From a virus: a stretch of DNA of 64,000 nucleotides. Below are positions 26,618-36,768 of this stretch, one piece after another (the stretch's first letter is position 1; the number at the start of each line of letters is the position of its first letter). The notes below the pieces were generated by a model. It worked only from the letters and a program-made list of their open reading frames with translations, was not told where the DNA came from and did not search any database. A program made the position numbers and the translations under genes. The stretch is taken from the IMG/VR virus record IMGVR_UViG_3300027734_000048, positions 1 through 64,000 of that record; one strand, given 5' to 3'.

Positions 26618-26888
26618 TTATTTTTCCTTTTATTTCTTTTAATGCTTGACTAACATCTGAAGGATTTATTAAACAACCAGAGCACAAAGAATCATCATTG
26701 TATATTGACAACTGTCTTTTACAAGATTTACAAGTTCGCATCTTGCCTTTTCTTTTTTGTCTTCTTGTAAGCAAATATCTTTGTGCAATCTTTTCTTTTG
26801 TAGAATGATTTCTACACTCTACAGAACAGTATATCTGATATGAGATATCTGTTTTAAATTCTTTGTCGCACCAACTACAATGCTTCAT
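26604..26888 (-). CDS. Cys-rich zinc-finger protein
   Basis: C-x2-C...YCS-x2-C...C-x2-C...C-x2-C. Confidence 0.7.
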   Translation of the reverse strand: MKHCSWCDKEFKTDISYQIYCSVECRNHSTKEKIAQRYLLTRRQKRKGKMRTCKSCKRQLSIYNDDSLCSGCLINPSDVSQALKEIKGKINGTK

Positions 26889-27726
26889 CTTCTAGCAACT
26901 CCAGAGGTTTAATTTTAATTACCCCTGTCTCTGCTTCGGCACATGTTTTTTGTAATGGACAAACCTTACAGATCTTTGAATTTGATCTATATGTTTTTTG
27001 AGGCAAAGTTTTATCTTCCCATGCCTTGCGAACTGTTCGCATCCAATCAAATGCCTGGTCTACCCACCGACGGTAATGATCGTTTACTTCTACAGGAATA
27101 ATAAGTAGATCATGGTTATTTTTATTTTCATAAATCAATGCACCCTTATCTTTCTTGAGAATCTTCATATACATAATTAATTGCATTAGGTGGCCAGTCT
27201 TTGGCTTCCTGCTTGCTTTTCTATACTCAAAGCCTTCATTCATCATGGTTTTAATTTCACCAAGAATAGTTTGACCATTATAATTAAGCATTACATCGCC
27301 ATACCCTGAAATTGGTGGGTCATCATGCTTGATTCTAAACTCTAATGCTGGATGAATTTGCTTCTTGTACTTGCTTGGTTCTGGATCAAACTCCATATCT
27401 TCTGCCAAAAGCCCAGCATTCATAACAGCATCTTGGATTCTATCATGGCTCAGTGTTCCGCTGGTTCTGTTTGCTACACCAAAAGCATCTGCATCATCGT
27501 GAAAAATACCACCCTCAAATGCAAGGTACCAATATCTAGCACACTCACCTGCTCCGTATGTCAAAGATGAAGGAGCAAAGGTTGTCTTCTTTTGAAAGCG
27601 TGGTTTTAGGTTAACTGTATAGCCATTCCTAATTGCCTCAATAAGTCCATCAGTAAAAGTTGGCTCTTCCAATTTATTGCTTGTTTCTGGTCTAATCATA
27701 ACTTGCTTTAGTAAATTTTTTGTCAT
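26875..27726 (-). CDS. Cas4/RecB-like PD-(D/E)xK exonuclease
   Basis: C-x-R, GYGD, GEIKT, Q-x3-Y and C-terminal CKVCP-x4-C. Confidence 0.85.
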   Translation of the reverse strand: MTKNLLKQVMIRPETSNKLEEPTFTDGLIEAIRNGYTVNLKPRFQKKTTFAPSSLTYGAGECARYWYLAFEGGIFHDDADAFGVANRTSGTLSHDRIQDAVMNAGLLAEDMEFDPEPSKYKKQIHPALEFRIKHDDPPISGYGDVMLNYNGQTILGEIKTMMNEGFEYRKASRKPKTGHLMQLIMYMKILKKDKGALIYENKNNHDLLIIPVEVNDHYRRWVDQAFDWMRTVRKAWEDKTLPQKTYRSNSKICKVCPLQKTCAEAETGVIKIKPLELLEDEAL

Positions 27727-27767
27727 TATATTAAAACTCTTTTCTATTCTTATAAGTATAGCAGATA

Positions 27768-28070
27768 TCAGCGTGTGATGTATTTCAGTGCAGACACTAA
27801 ATTGTTAATTGATTCAGCAGCAGTGTAGTAAAGATTTTTTTTGCCTCTATCAGATTTATCTACATTTGCCATCCATGTTGCTTTAAATGCCATCTTTGCT
27901 GCGATTGCCTGAAGCCTTACAATCTCTACATGAGCAACATTGATTGGGATATCTGGCTTTATAATTAGTTTAGCAATCATTGTTAATGCAGTTGTCAGTT
28001 CTTCATCTTCCATATAGTCTGCAATTTCTACAAGACCATTTACCATATCAATAGTTGTTTTTTCTTCCAT
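27768..28070 (-). CDS. hypothetical protein
   Basis: intact ORF in the operon. Confidence 0.7.
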   Translation of the reverse strand: MEEKTTIDMVNGLVEIADYMEDEELTTALTMIAKLIIKPDIPINVAHVEIVRLQAIAAKMAFKATWMANVDKSDRGKKNLYYTAAESINNLVSALKYITR

Positions 28071-28846
28071 TAAAAATCATCTCCAATTACTCCGTCTTTC
28101 ATACCATCCTGATGATAAAGATTCCACGCTGCTTTAAATTCTGGCAAATAGTTTAAAGAATTTGTGTAAGCGCTTCTTTTTTCTGGATATGTGTATGCAT
28201 CTAGTGGATTCATTTCTCCAGTAAACCTATAGTTAGTTATTGGACAATAGTCCATGCTAACAATCTCAAGAAACTCGCCATCTTTAAATTTGCGCTTTGG
28301 TCTCCAGTGAACCTGATTGACTGCACTGAAAACTATTGTTTGCCCAGGCTCTAGTGTATATCTTGTAAAGGTGGTCCCGTCTTCTTGGTTTCCAATATAA
28401 AGATCCCACTCAATGTTTCCATCAACACAGTGATTAATAGTTATTAGATTTTCATCTGCGTCTATATGTGGAGGCAACTTTGGACTATTATTTCCATTGC
28501 CATACTTTTTATTATATTCAATATAGTTATAATGACATAGAGCGACATCTCCATCATAAATTGGTTTTGCAATATTGTCTAGTTTTTCTTCTAAGTTTTT
28601 GGGCATCTGAAACTCAACAAGCACTCTTGACATATATTCAATTGTTTTTGGTCTAAACCTATCCCAATTTTTTTCACTAGTCTGCTCATTTGGTTTATGC
28701 ACAACTGGATCTAGCATATTTTTATTTTGATAAATAATATCCATTAACTGTTTTGATTCAGCATCAGTAAATAAATTATCTACATAAAATGGAACTTTTG
28801 TTTTATATTTATTAAAATCAGTTAGGTACTTGTGAATTTCAGCCAT
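28070..28846 (-). CDS. 2OG-Fe(II) oxygenase-like protein (QVHWR type)
   Basis: LPPHID...W-x-L...FSAVNQVHWR. Confidence 0.75.
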   Translation of the reverse strand: MAEIHKYLTDFNKYKTKVPFYVDNLFTDAESKQLMDIIYQNKNMLDPVVHKPNEQTSEKNWDRFRPKTIEYMSRVLVEFQMPKNLEEKLDNIAKPIYDGDVALCHYNYIEYNKKYGNGNNSPKLPPHIDADENLITINHCVDGNIEWDLYIGNQEDGTTFTRYTLEPGQTIVFSAVNQVHWRPKRKFKDGEFLEIVSMDYCPITNYRFTGEMNPLDAYTYPEKRSAYTNSLNYLPEFKAAWNLYHQDGMKDGVIGDDF

Positions 28847-28848
28847 AA

Positions 28849-29508
28849 TTAATTTGACTCTTTCGGATTGTACTTTAGCAAGCCGTCTTCTGACTTGTTA
28901 GATGAAGCACCCGTTTCATCATTCCAAACTATATATTTTTCTTTTGCTCTTTCTCTCATAATGTTTACATGATCAGCAGTGAGGGTTTCTGATGTAGTTG
29001 GTGAGAAGTGCAAAAATATTGCTTCTAAAAATTCACCATCTACAAATTCTCTTTTTGGTCTCCAGTGAACCTGATGAGAACCAGAAAAAGAAAGTAGTTG
29101 ATTGTCTTTGAGTGTATATGTTGCTTCAGACTCCCAGTTATCTACTGTAATTCCCCAAGATACATTTGAACCTATCTGATAGTCTAAAGTGAGTCTTGAC
29201 TCATTAAATACCTCGTCAGTATGTGGAAAGAGCAATGGATAAAAAGTATACTTTCCACAATTTGAAACTGTTTTTTGATATCTAGAAAAATTATATTCCT
29301 TTAGAACTAATGATTCTCCAGCAATACCCTCAGCATATTTTGTAAACTTATCAATAATATGTTGTGGTAATTGAATATGCCAACTGTTATATCCAAGATC
29401 TTCAACAAAGGTTTGGCTGGTAGTTGAAGAAACAATCTTATATATTTCTGATACATCTTCTTGTGTTAAAGCATTGTCGATTAATACGTTTGGTAAATCT
29501 TTTTTCAT
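28849..29508 (-). CDS. 2OG-Fe(II) oxygenase-like protein (QVHWR type)
   Basis: LFPHTD...FSGSHQVHWR; AAGGAG SD before ATG 29508. Confidence 0.75.
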   Translation of the reverse strand: MKKDLPNVLIDNALTQEDVSEIYKIVSSTTSQTFVEDLGYNSWHIQLPQHIIDKFTKYAEGIAGESLVLKEYNFSRYQKTVSNCGKYTFYPLLFPHTDEVFNESRLTLDYQIGSNVSWGITVDNWESEATYTLKDNQLLSFSGSHQVHWRPKREFVDGEFLEAIFLHFSPTTSETLTADHVNIMRERAKEKYIVWNDETGASSNKSEDGLLKYNPKESN

Positions 29509-29527
29509 AGTATCTCCTTTTATTATA

Positions 29528-29812
29528 TTATACACCATCTAGAATTTGATCTAATAAATCAAATTCCAGTATAGCAAGTCTAACTTTTGTATTTCCAGAG
29601 CCAAGAACAACTATTATTAACGGATCGCTATTATTTTTAATTGCATCTGTTGTGGCCTTTGCCCATACATCTTTATTTAATGTGAAAGACTTTGAAGCCT
29701 CTTTAAAATCTACAGTAAAGTTTTGCCATGTTGCATCACCTTTATGTGTGTTTCTACCAGAATTCTTGTGCTGTTTTGCACCAATTCTTTTTGACTCACT
29801 CTTTTCTGTCAT
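29528..29812 (-). CDS. Holliday junction resolvase-like PD-(D/E)xK nuclease
   Basis: NSGR...KGDA...VDFKE...SFTL. Confidence 0.65.
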   Translation of the reverse strand: MTEKSESKRIGAKQHKNSGRNTHKGDATWQNFTVDFKEASKSFTLNKDVWAKATTDAIKNNSDPLIIVVLGSGNTKVRLAILEFDLLDQILDGV

Positions 29813-30443
29813 TTGTTTCTATCTGACTATCAATCCCCGTGTCCATCATTAAGGCACGAGTTCTTTTTTCTAATATGGCTACATGATTTTCCTGAAGAGG
29901 TCTATCATTTTTATATACAAGATGACAAAACATCATATCAATTTTTGTATCTTGTCCTATCCGCTTATCTTCTCTCCAGTGCATCTGTTGGCTTCCCGCA
30001 AAGATCAAGGCATCATTGTAGTTTAGATTGTACTGTTCACCCTCTACTATAATTCCCCAATCCTCATTTGATTCTAGTTGAATATCACATGTTACCCTTT
30101 GTGACTTTTTTGTATCATAGTGTGGGAATAGTTTGCACTTATAACCATACTCTTCTGAGTATCTGGCAAAAGAATATTCAGCCATAATCATTTCTTCACC
30201 AACTATTTCTGATACTCTTTTTTCTATTTGACTAATAACATCATTTGAAAATTTAGTATGATATGCTTTGTGCCCAGCCCAAGGCTGAGTTATTGTTTGG
30301 GAGTCATCTGTCTGAGCAACCTTATAATATATTTCTGCAATATGCTCGTCAGATAAAATGTTTTCAATTTGCACAACAGGAAAATCTTGATTGTCAATAA
30401 AGTCTTCTGCTTTTGTTTTTGTATACATAGGAAAATTATTCAT
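29796..30443 (-). CDS. 2OG-Fe(II) oxygenase-like protein (QMHWR type)
   Basis: LFPHYD...FAGSQQMHWR; ATG 6 nt after GGTATAAT. Confidence 0.75.
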   Translation of the reverse strand: MNNFPMYTKTKAEDFIDNQDFPVVQIENILSDEHIAEIYYKVAQTDDSQTITQPWAGHKAYHTKFSNDVISQIEKRVSEIVGEEMIMAEYSFARYSEEYGYKCKLFPHYDTKKSQRVTCDIQLESNEDWGIIVEGEQYNLNYNDALIFAGSQQMHWREDKRIGQDTKIDMMFCHLVYKNDRPLQENHVAILEKRTRALMMDTGIDSQIETNDRKE

Positions 30444-30450
30444 AATACTA

Positions 30451-30621
30451 TTATACCTCAAAATCTTTTTTAGTTTTTTTACCAAAGCCAACCGTGCTAA
30501 TATGTTTTTCTTTGCACATCCAGGTGGCAGTTTTTGTTTCTGCATATAATCTTAGCGATCTAACTTCCATTTTACAGGTATGACATAAAAATAAACCACT
30601 ATAAACTGTATAACTAGGCAT
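30451..30621 (-). CDS. small zinc-ribbon protein (56 aa, MPSYTVYSGLFLCHTCK...WMCKEKH)
   Basis: manual translation; fills the gap after recA. Confidence 0.7.
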   Translation of the reverse strand: MPSYTVYSGLFLCHTCKMEVRSLRLYAETKTATWMCKEKHISTVGFGKKTKKDFEV

Positions 30622-31624
30622 TTAGTTTTGCCTTGATTGATTCTTGCAAATCAAGATCCTCTCTTACACGATTGACAAATGCCTCTTTACCTTGCACCTT
30701 TGAGCCATCAGGAAGAATATACCATGCTCCTGTGCGTTCTACAATACCGTTTAGTTCTGCTGTAGTAACCAAGTCACCAATGGTATCAAGACCAATATCA
30801 TCACCTCTAAAATAAAAATCATATTCACCAGACTGAAAACCTGGAGAAGTTTTAGAAAACTGAAGTTCCCAACGAATGGTTCTTCCAATTTTTTCTTCAA
30901 TTAACTTATCTCCTACTTTAATTTTTCCTTTAATTGCTTGATTATCTGATTCGGAACTAAATAATTTAACAATGCAAGAAGAATAAAACTTAGTAGCCTG
31001 ACCACCAGAAGGCTGCTGGCTAGTATACATAGCATTAATATTATTGCGAGACTGAGAAATGAGAACAAGAAGAGTAGGCTTAACTTTATTATTAGCATAG
31101 TTAAGCATTTTCCATGCGTTACTAAAGTCACGAGACTCTGCTCCAATCTGCTTTGTATTTTCCAAAGCCTTCATTTCGTCTGTGTCCTTCTCAAAATAAA
31201 TTGCAGGAAGCATTGATGTAATAGAGTCTACCACAATTAAATCAACTCCAGCGTTCATTAGTCCAACGCCTACATCTACCATGTCACTTATAGTTCTTGC
31301 TTGTGAGTAGATTAGTTTTTCTGGATCTACACCAAGACTTCTAGCCCAGTCTTCTGAGTATGACATTTCTGAGTCAATCCATGCACAGAGTTTACCCTCT
31401 GCTTGTGCTAGAGCGATCATTTGAAGGCACATAGAGGACTTTGCAGATGACTTTGAACCCCAGATAAGAACTTGTCTACCATAAGGAAGTCCACCTCCTA
31501 GAGCACGGTTTAAACCATAACTTGGGGTAGGCTGGTATTCATAGTTTACCCCTACTCCTGTTCCTAATTTTTTTCTTAACTTTGGATCAAGTTGGGCCAT
31601 CGCCTCTTCTACACTAACTGACAT
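30614..31624 (-). CDS. recA: RecA-family recombinase
   Basis: LGGGLPYGR, WIDSE, LIVVDS, GG-x-ATKFYSS, GAWY. Confidence 0.95.
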   Translation of the reverse strand: MSVSVEEAMAQLDPKLRKKLGTGVGVNYEYQPTPSYGLNRALGGGLPYGRQVLIWGSKSSAKSSMCLQMIALAQAEGKLCAWIDSEMSYSEDWARSLGVDPEKLIYSQARTISDMVDVGVGLMNAGVDLIVVDSITSMLPAIYFEKDTDEMKALENTKQIGAESRDFSNAWKMLNYANNKVKPTLLVLISQSRNNINAMYTSQQPSGGQATKFYSSCIVKLFSSESDNQAIKGKIKVGDKLIEEKIGRTIRWELQFSKTSPGFQSGEYDFYFRGDDIGLDTIGDLVTTAELNGIVERTGAWYILPDGSKVQGKEAFVNRVREDLDLQESIKAKLNA

Positions 31625-34600
31625 TTACATCCTCCAATATGACTGTTCCATCTTTAGTTTTTCCTAAACTAAAATTATATGCATTTCCTTCTTCAATTTT
31701 CATATATGCCTTTGCAAAAGATGTTGGGAATACAGTTATTGAGTGAAGATCTCTTGCTGTATCTGCAACTGTTAAAGATGCCATCTTTTTTCCAGCCTTT
31801 GTAACTCTTGGTTTAAATGACAAAACAAACATCTCGTTATCTTTATATGGTAATTGTTTGTAATTTAAAAATTTAACAAGACCAGATGTTGAACCTTTTA
31901 TTTGATCGATAGGGATAGCAGAAAGAATCCGATTATCATTAACAAGAATGAGATACGATACGCCTGCTTCAATAGTTGTTTGCTCTTCATCAAAAATTCC
32001 TACACTTCCTGTTTTATCTAATAGTTCTACTCTTGACCAACCTTTTGCTCTTTTAATAGATTTTACCATACCCATTACAATCAAAGAACCCTTTTCTTCA
32101 TAATCCTGAGCCTCTGTTATAAAGCCGTAATAATGAGATGGAACCGTAATATTAAATTCTGGTAGGTTTAAATATTCGTAGAGATTTTGTTTAATCTCTT
32201 CGTCATTTCTTGGATTATCATTAAATGTCGCTGCGCCGATAACTCGTAATGCTTGAAGAGCACGAGAGTTAACTCCATTTCCTTTAGTAAAAGTAAACTC
32301 TTCAAGTTGAGCATACGAAGAGAAAGGTCTTGCAGAAATGTAACGCTCTGCAATTTTATCGGAAATATACTTAATAGCAGTAAGACCAAATCTAATACCC
32401 TTGCCTTCAATTTTAAAATCAATATCTGAGTCATTAATGTGAGGTAGTTTAATGCTAATGCCCATTCTTTTTGCCTCAATAAGGTATTCAGTTCTTGCAT
32501 CTTTGTCCTTTTCATTCTTTAGTAGTGAGTACATAAACTCTATTGGATAGTGATACTTAAGCCATGCTGTCCAGTATGATAGCGTTGAGTATGCTACTGC
32601 GTGAGACTTATTAAATGAATACCCTGCGTGAGCCTCAAAGTCATGCCAAAGATCTCTAGCCATGTTTGGTGAAACAAACTTAGATGCACCCTCTACAAAC
32701 TTTTCTTTAAACTGATCAAACTCTTTAGCATCCTTTTTCTTTCCAATGATTTTTCTAACTTTGTCTGCTTCCGACATGGACATACCGCCAAGCGATACGC
32801 ATGCTTGCATAACCTGTTCCTGGTAAAGAATACAACCATATGTTTCCTCCGTAAATTCTTTAAGTACTTGGTGTGTATAACCAATATTTTGACGACCATG
32901 CTTACGGTCAATATAATCCTTACCAATTGTATTCATTGCACCTGGACGAACCAAAGCATTTGATGCTGCAAGTTCTGATAGGTTTTTTACACCCATTTTA
33001 ATTAGCAAGTTTGTGTATGGTGCTGCTTCACACTGAAACACACCCTTTGTGTATCCATCTGAAAGCATTTGATATACATTTTTATCATCCATATCTATCT
33101 TAAGAAGGTCAATTTTCTTGTTGTCTCTCTCCTCAATAATATCAAGTGTATCCTTAAGAACTGAAAGAGTTTTTAGTCCCAGTGCATCAATCTTGATTAA
33201 ACCAATCTTTTCAGCCTCTTCCATGTCAACTGCAACAACAGGAATACGCTCATCGCTACCAGTAGAAGAGCGTGTCTCCATTGGTGCGTACCTAAAAATA
33301 GGATCTTTACTAGTGACAACACCAGCAGCGTGGATGCCAGTACCTCTAATACGACCACGAAGTTGTTCTCCATAAATTTCTACCTCTGGATATTTCTCAC
33401 GGAATTCCCGTGTTGTTTTTGATGTGCAATATTCATCCCAAGTATCAACAAGTTTAAGAACTTTATTCACATCAGTAAGTGGAATATTTAAAACTCGTGC
33501 AACATCTCGTACAACACCCTTGTCTTTAAACGAAAGGAATGTCGCAATAGATGCAACATGTCGATATTGTCTAACAAGATAATCTTTTACTTCTTCACGA
33601 CGAGAGTCTTGAATATCTGTATCAATATCTGGAAAGTCATTTCGATCTGGATTAATAAAGCGAAAGAACAATAGTCCATGCTTAATTGGATCAATGTCAG
33701 TAATTCTTAGTGCATAGCATAACAGTGATCCTGCTGCAGATCCACGACCAGGACCCACCATAATCTCTTCTTTTTTTGCCCATGCAATCATATTGCGTAC
33801 AACCAAAAAGTAAGGAGCAAACTTTTTATCTTTAATTACTTGCAACTCTTCATCAAGTCTATCCAAATATTCCTGACCATCTACACCACGCTCAGTTAAT
33901 CCAGCAAGGGCTAGTTCTTTTAATTCTTTATCTGGATTTTTATATTGGACTGGAAGTAGGTCTAGTCCTTCTTGAATTCCATAGTCACCAACTTTTTCAG
34001 CAACCTCTAAAGTATTTGTATAAATATCTGGACGATCAATACCCTGTGCTTCCATAGCAGACTTCATTTCTTCATAAGAAAGCAAATGAATGTCAAACTT
34101 GTTAAATGTGATTTGACGGTCTTCACCATAAAGATAGTCAAGGCGTTCCATCATATTCTCTTTTTTCTTTGACTTTTCAAAAGTGTGTTCTTTATCAATC
34201 TTAACATGTGTATTAAGTAGCAACTTAAACTCTTGAATTTCTTTTTGATCTGTTGAACTGTGATGACAGTCTGGGGTTACAACAACCTTTACACTAAACT
34301 CATCTGCCAATTGAATTAATTGTTTATTTATTTCTGCCTCATTATGTGGCATGACCTCAATATAGTAATCATCATTAAATACACGCTTAAACCATTGAAT
34401 ATAATCTTTTGCTATAGCAAACTCATTATTCTCAAGTGCCTTTACAAGCACACTACTTGGACATGCAGATGTGACAATAATTCCTTCTGAATACTTTTCA
34501 AGAATCTCAAAGTCAAACCTTGGCTTCTTAAAATATCCCTCTGTCCAGGATATCTCACTAATCTTATTTAAATTCTCTAAACCAATTTGGTTCTTGGCGA

Positions 34601-34886
34601 GAAGTACTATATGGTTATAAACTAGATCTAGATCTCCGTCTCTTTCAGACTTATCTCTAGTATCAAATCTATCTTTACACATATAGCCTTCTACGCCAAG
34701 TATAGGCTTAATACCCTTTGCTTTTGCAATGCGGTGCAGTTCCCTATGCCCAGATAAAGTACCGTGGTCAGTGATGGCAATTGCTGGCATCCCCAACTCA
34801 ACTGCACGGTCAATGTATTCTTCTGGAGTAGCAATCCCGTCAAATAACGAGTAGTGGGTATGTACGTGTAAGCCTACGTAAGACAT
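31614..34886 (-). CDS. dnaE: DNA polymerase III alpha subunit
   Basis: PHP domain HVHTHYS/TDHG; GRGSAAGS; PDIDTD; KIDALGL; YSFNKSHA. Confidence 0.97.
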   Translation of the reverse strand: MSYVGLHVHTHYSLFDGIATPEEYIDRAVELGMPAIAITDHGTLSGHRELHRIAKAKGIKPILGVEGYMCKDRFDTRDKSERDGDLDLVYNHIVLLAKNQIGLENLNKISEISWTEGYFKKPRFDFEILEKYSEGIIVTSACPSSVLVKALENNEFAIAKDYIQWFKRVFNDDYYIEVMPHNEAEINKQLIQLADEFSVKVVVTPDCHHSSTDQKEIQEFKLLLNTHVKIDKEHTFEKSKKKENMMERLDYLYGEDRQITFNKFDIHLLSYEEMKSAMEAQGIDRPDIYTNTLEVAEKVGDYGIQEGLDLLPVQYKNPDKELKELALAGLTERGVDGQEYLDRLDEELQVIKDKKFAPYFLVVRNMIAWAKKEEIMVGPGRGSAAGSLLCYALRITDIDPIKHGLLFFRFINPDRNDFPDIDTDIQDSRREEVKDYLVRQYRHVASIATFLSFKDKGVVRDVARVLNIPLTDVNKVLKLVDTWDEYCTSKTTREFREKYPEVEIYGEQLRGRIRGTGIHAAGVVTSKDPIFRYAPMETRSSTGSDERIPVVAVDMEEAEKIGLIKIDALGLKTLSVLKDTLDIIEERDNKKIDLLKIDMDDKNVYQMLSDGYTKGVFQCEAAPYTNLLIKMGVKNLSELAASNALVRPGAMNTIGKDYIDRKHGRQNIGYTHQVLKEFTEETYGCILYQEQVMQACVSLGGMSMSEADKVRKIIGKKKDAKEFDQFKEKFVEGASKFVSPNMARDLWHDFEAHAGYSFNKSHAVAYSTLSYWTAWLKYHYPIEFMYSLLKNEKDKDARTEYLIEAKRMGISIKLPHINDSDIDFKIEGKGIRFGLTAIKYISDKIAERYISARPFSSYAQLEEFTFTKGNGVNSRALQALRVIGAATFNDNPRNDEEIKQNLYEYLNLPEFNITVPSHYYGFITEAQDYEEKGSLIVMGMVKSIKRAKGWSRVELLDKTGSVGIFDEEQTTIEAGVSYLILVNDNRILSAIPIDQIKGSTSGLVKFLNYKQLPYKDNEMFVLSFKPRVTKAGKKMASLTVADTARDLHSITVFPTSFAKAYMKIEEGNAYNFSLGKTKDGTVILEDVNVS

Positions 34887-34889
34887 CTA

Positions 34890-35543
34890 TTACCAGTCAA
34901 TATTTGTGCTGGTAACAGAAGGTGTGTCAAATCCAAAGTAGAACGCTTCCTGCTCTGGATATGGAACCTCACGAACAACCTTTTCTAGGTTGAAGAATTC
35001 ATAGCCATCCCATGCAAATGGTTCTGCATCTGGTTTTGATGGTAGAAGTGTGTAATTGGTTTCAGTTCCCTGACCATTACGCTTCAACTTCCACTCAAGA
35101 TTAGAGATGCTACCTGTATCAAGAGCATACTCACGAATGTTGTTGAATGCTGATTGCTTTGAAATTCCTTGTGACCAAACAGCAATATATGGATCTTCAA
35201 GTCCATCGTTGATTAGCACATTGCAGTAAAAACGAAGTCGTGCTCTCCAGCCTGACTTTGGTTCTTTACGTGCCATTTCGCAACCGAAACAACGACCTTC
35301 TGATTCTTGTGTACAAGCAGCCTTACGCTTGTAATCCTTTGGATTTGTGTGTTCTGAAACTACTACAGAAAGGCCACGGGCTTCTGAATAGTTTGCTGAG
35401 TCTTGGTCTAGTTCTTCAACAAAACGAACCTTTCCTGATTGTCCGTCAGCCAACTTAACCCAACGAACCTTTTGTCCTGTTCCTTCATACTTTGGTTTTT
35501 CGAGCAGGGCGTTGATGTCTTTTAATCCCTTAATTACGCTCAT
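34890..35543 (-). CDS. single-stranded DNA-binding protein (gp32-like)
   Basis: H...C...C-x2-C zinc motif, KRNGQG-x2-T-x-Y, acidic tail; sits between primase and polymerase. Confidence 0.7.
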   Translation of the reverse strand: MSVIKGLKDINALLEKPKYEGTGQKVRWVKLADGQSGKVRFVEELDQDSANYSEARGLSVVVSEHTNPKDYKRKAACTQESEGRCFGCEMARKEPKSGWRARLRFYCNVLINDGLEDPYIAVWSQGISKQSAFNNIREYALDTGSISNLEWKLKRNGQGTETNYTLLPSKPDAEPFAWDGYEFFNLEKVVREVPYPEQEAFYFGFDTPSVTSTNIDW

Positions 35544-35566
35544 ATATTTCTCCTTTGTTTGTTATA

Positions 35567-36511
35567 TTAGTTTAGCATAGAGATGATGTCTTTGTCAAAT
35601 GAAACTTCCAATTTCTTGATATCTTCATCTGACATATCACCAATATCCTTATATTCTTTATTTAATTGTATAATGGAAACACGAGATCCAAGTTTTTCAA
35701 TTATCTTAGTTTTCATATTTCCTCCCGCCTCATCATTATCCGCAATAACAATAATGTTATTGAAATACTTTTGAAGCAATTCTATTTGTAGGTTTGATAC
35801 ATTAGATCCAAGTGTGGCAACTGCTGGAAACCCTACTTGGTCTAAACGAATAGCATCAAACGAAGATTCAACGACATAAACTTTATCTGCAGTTTTTACA
35901 CGATTTAAATTAAACAATGTTTTTGCTTTTGGCAGTCCTGGAGTATTCTTAAATTCTTTTCCTTCTATTGATCTACCAACAAAACCGACTGACATTCCAT
36001 CTGGACTATGCACTGGAACTGTCACCATGTCCTGTTTTTCTGAATAGCCAAGAGAAAACTTAGACCATGAAGATGTAGAAATTTTACGATATTTAAAATA
36101 GTCTTTTGCTCTATCTGATGCAAGCAATCCGTTATACAAACGCTTAATAATTAATTCATCAAATGGAACAAAGTCTGGCTTTGTAACAAGTTTCTGACTG
36201 ATGTCACGCTCTAGATCTTGCTGAGTTTCTTTTGTTTTAATAAATCTAATAGACTCAAAATAAGATCTTCCAGAGGTGTGCATTACAAATTCTACAAGGT
36301 CTGCAACATGATGACAGGAAAAACAAAAGAAGGTTCCATTATTCTTATCAATTTCTCCAGCAGGGGTCCTATTGTTATTATGGTAAGGACAAAAAATAAT
36401 ATAGTCTGAATCAACCTCAGACTCTACGGTTATACCTGTTCCTGCGAGAACTCTTTTGATTTGTTCTTTTGTATATATATTGGCTTGTTTACGTCTATCC
36501 CTGCTATCCAT
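35567..36511 (-). CDS. dnaG: DNA primase (CHC2 zinc finger plus TOPRIM)
   Basis: CPYH...CFSC; VVESSFD; ADNDEAG. Confidence 0.92.
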   Translation of the reverse strand: MDSRDRRKQANIYTKEQIKRVLAGTGITVESEVDSDYIIFCPYHNNNRTPAGEIDKNNGTFFCFSCHHVADLVEFVMHTSGRSYFESIRFIKTKETQQDLERDISQKLVTKPDFVPFDELIIKRLYNGLLASDRAKDYFKYRKISTSSWSKFSLGYSEKQDMVTVPVHSPDGMSVGFVGRSIEGKEFKNTPGLPKAKTLFNLNRVKTADKVYVVESSFDAIRLDQVGFPAVATLGSNVSNLQIELLQKYFNNIIVIADNDEAGGNMKTKIIEKLGSRVSIIQLNKEYKDIGDMSDEDIKKLEVSFDKDIISMLN

Positions 36512-36756
36512 TCGCTTTTCCTTTTCCCTGCGTATACTCCGTGTACTGATATTTCAAATTCAAAATATTGTTTTTTTTCATTATAGTCTATAGTAAAATC
36601 TGGATCAATGTCAATTCTTGGCACATAGCCACAGAGACGCATCTCTGAAACAAGCAACCTTGTATATTCACCCTTTAACCTACCAAGGGCAGATTCATCA
36701 TGGATGATGCCATCCAAACTAAATCTTTTAATTGTCTTGTGGTGAAAATTTGACAT
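36430..36756 (-). CDS. hypothetical protein
   Basis: ORF between helicase and primase, just after TATAAT. Confidence 0.7.
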   Translation of the reverse strand: MSNFHHKTIKRFSLDGIIHDESALGRLKGEYTRLLVSEMRLCGYVPRIDIDPDFTIDYNEKKQYFEFEISVHGVYAGKRKSEWIAGIDVNKPIYIQKNKSKEFSQEQV

Positions 36757-36768
36757 ACCATATTATAA

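Noticed and set aside
26875-27726. Cas4-like nuclease as evidence of CRISPR-Cas
   Set aside because: I saw no repeat-spacer array or other cas genes; stand-alone Cas4-like exonucleases are common in phage recombination modules.
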